A DNA stretch of 60,582 bases, taken from Coniocarpon cinnabarinum. Taxonomy: Eukaryota. Under the pieces are notes generated by a model. It did no database searches, was not told the DNA's origin, and was given only the letters and a program-made list of their open reading frames with translations. Shown here one piece after another: positions 59,218 through 60,582 of this stretch (the first letter of the stretch is position 1; each line of letters starts with the position of its first letter). The DNA lies in the NCBI GenBank assembly GCA_051942205.1, contig JAVECO010000008.1, positions 186,001 through 246,582 on the forward strand, given 5' to 3'. The translations under genes were made by a program, and so were the position numbers.

Positions 59218-59862
59218 ATGCTAAAACCAGACTTATACACCCTTCCTCCAACGCCTCTAATCCCCAACTCCCCTCACCCACTCATTCACTACCGTTCCTT
59301 CTTCCCTGGTGATAAAGTCCCTAATCCAACTGAAATCCATGACATCCTCACAAGCAATGGATGGCACACACAATGGATCATTCGATATGGACCCATGCAG
59401 CCCTCGCACTACCACTCCTCAACCCACGAATGTATGACCGTCCTGTCCGGCACCGCTACCATCCGTTTCGGCGTTGCAGACAAACAGATAAGCGAGGACG
59501 AGCAGCAACGCGAAGGCAAGGAGGAAGCCGGTATCGAGCTACAAGCCACAGCTGGTGATGTCTTTATCGTGCCCGCTGGTGTCGCACACAAAACGTTTAA
59601 TGCAAAACCCACGTCTGCTTTGGAGGTTCTCACGCCTGGAAGTGGGCACGGGATCCCTGCCGAGAACACGAGAACCGTCTTATCACACGTGAAGCTGTCG
59701 GGATTTACGATGCTTGGAGCGTATCCTGAGAATGGCGTTTGCGATTTTGCACAGGGTGGCGAACATATTGGCAGTATGGAGGAGGTTTGGAAAGTGCCGA
59801 AGCCGCGATTGGATCCTGTGTTGGGGTCTAGCTGCGAGGGATTGTGTGGTCATTGGCACTGA
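59218..59862 (+). CDS. Cupin-domain protein (YjlB-like)
   Basis: IPNSPHPLIHY, NGW..QW, SHYHSSTHECM.VLSG.A.IRFG, GDVFIVPAGVAHK, F.MLGAYP, DPVLG...GL..HW. Confidence 0.88.
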   Translation: MLKPDLYTLPPTPLIPNSPHPLIHYRSFFPGDKVPNPTEIHDILTSNGWHTQWIIRYGPMQPSHYHSSTHECMTVLSGTATIRFGVADKQISEDEQQREGKEEAGIELQATAGDVFIVPAGVAHKTFNAKPTSALEVLTPGSGHGIPAENTRTVLSHVKLSGFTMLGAYPENGVCDFAQGGEHIGSMEEVWKVPKPRLDPVLGSSCEGLCGHWH

Positions 59863-60582
59863 ATAATTACCATTGCTTCTGACGCCTGTAGGTCTTGTGA
59901 ACGCGACATCGTGATTGCTTCGATACCGCACCCATGTCTTCAAGATCTTCTGGGAGGCGTCGAAGATGAGCAAGTATCCAAACAAAGTTTTGTCTCTCGA
60001 GTCTTGCGTCTCGACTTTAAACCAAACTTCAACCCATGCAGTTGCACTGCCCATCGTTCGCGTCGCTCTTGAACCTGCAAATTCATATGTCAGCGTATAT
60101 TTCTTTGACACAATCTCTGCCCCAAATTTGACACCCAGAAGGCTTGTGTAACCTCAATCAGGAGCTCTAGGTGGCGCTGATCCTGGTTGCCAGTTGTCAT
60201 GAGTTGAAAATCGGATGCCTACTCACCAATCAATTACGCTAGCTTCTTGGCCCTCATTCGTCGACTGATAAAAGCTCGCGTGAAGGGGTAAACATGTCGA
60301 GGCCTGCGGATCGCAACAAAGGTTGCCGTTGATACAGTAGCACCCATTTCCGCCCCATGTGTCCCAACCGTCTTCATCGTTACTAGCCTCGCCACGAGAG
60401 TGAGGTGTTCCCCCTGGTGCGAAGAGCTCAAATAGTGTATTATTAGAGCCACAGGTAAAGATGTCACTGTGGGCATTTCCGTCGCTCCCTGCGCAATATT
60501 GGTCTGGCGGTGCGTATATATTTGGGGTCTCCCGCGAAGAGGTGCTGGTGCAGGATGATGGTAGTGAGGGTGTTTTTGGAGG
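59850..60582 (-). CDS. 3' part of a Cys-rich hypothetical protein running off the right edge (intron 60143-60226)
   Basis: Frame open from 60582 to 60227 (…QYCAGSDG…GCYCINGNLCCDPQASTCLP…), GTGAGT donor and AAG acceptor splice in frame into ORF 59683..60111. C-terminus uncertain. Confidence 0.5.

Overview
Gene-dense, intron-containing genomic DNA from a filamentous ascomycete (Pezizomycotina; GT..CTRAY..YAG introns throughout). About 25 protein-coding genes can be supported: ACL2, SmF, an MT-A70/METTL4-like methyltransferase, RSM19, MRE11, a PPR-like protein, a UDP-sugar dehydrogenase, a MAPEG protein, a GH18 chitinase, an atypical chitin-synthase-like GT2, an RdRP, an NRC-2-like kinase, a P450, MRPS5, DAD3, SHE4/CRO1, TFB4, a taspase, an Rpr2/Rpp21-like protein, a cupin and several hypotheticals. 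The main unexplained signal is the gap between SmF and MT-A70, which has no credible coding gene. Its minus strand (~5990 to ~4085, about 1.9 kb) carries the hallmarks of a telomerase RNA in the expected order: a template-boundary hairpin, a (C)UAACCCUAA template, a U/A-tract pseudoknot, a P5/P6/P6.1 three-way junction, and four nested long-range helices joining the 5' and 3' parts. The second highlight is a co-oriented UDP-sugar dehydrogenase + GH18 + GTDR-type chitin-synthase-like cluster that could make a non-canonical polysaccharide. All pairings and gene models were read by hand; no search or folding program was run.
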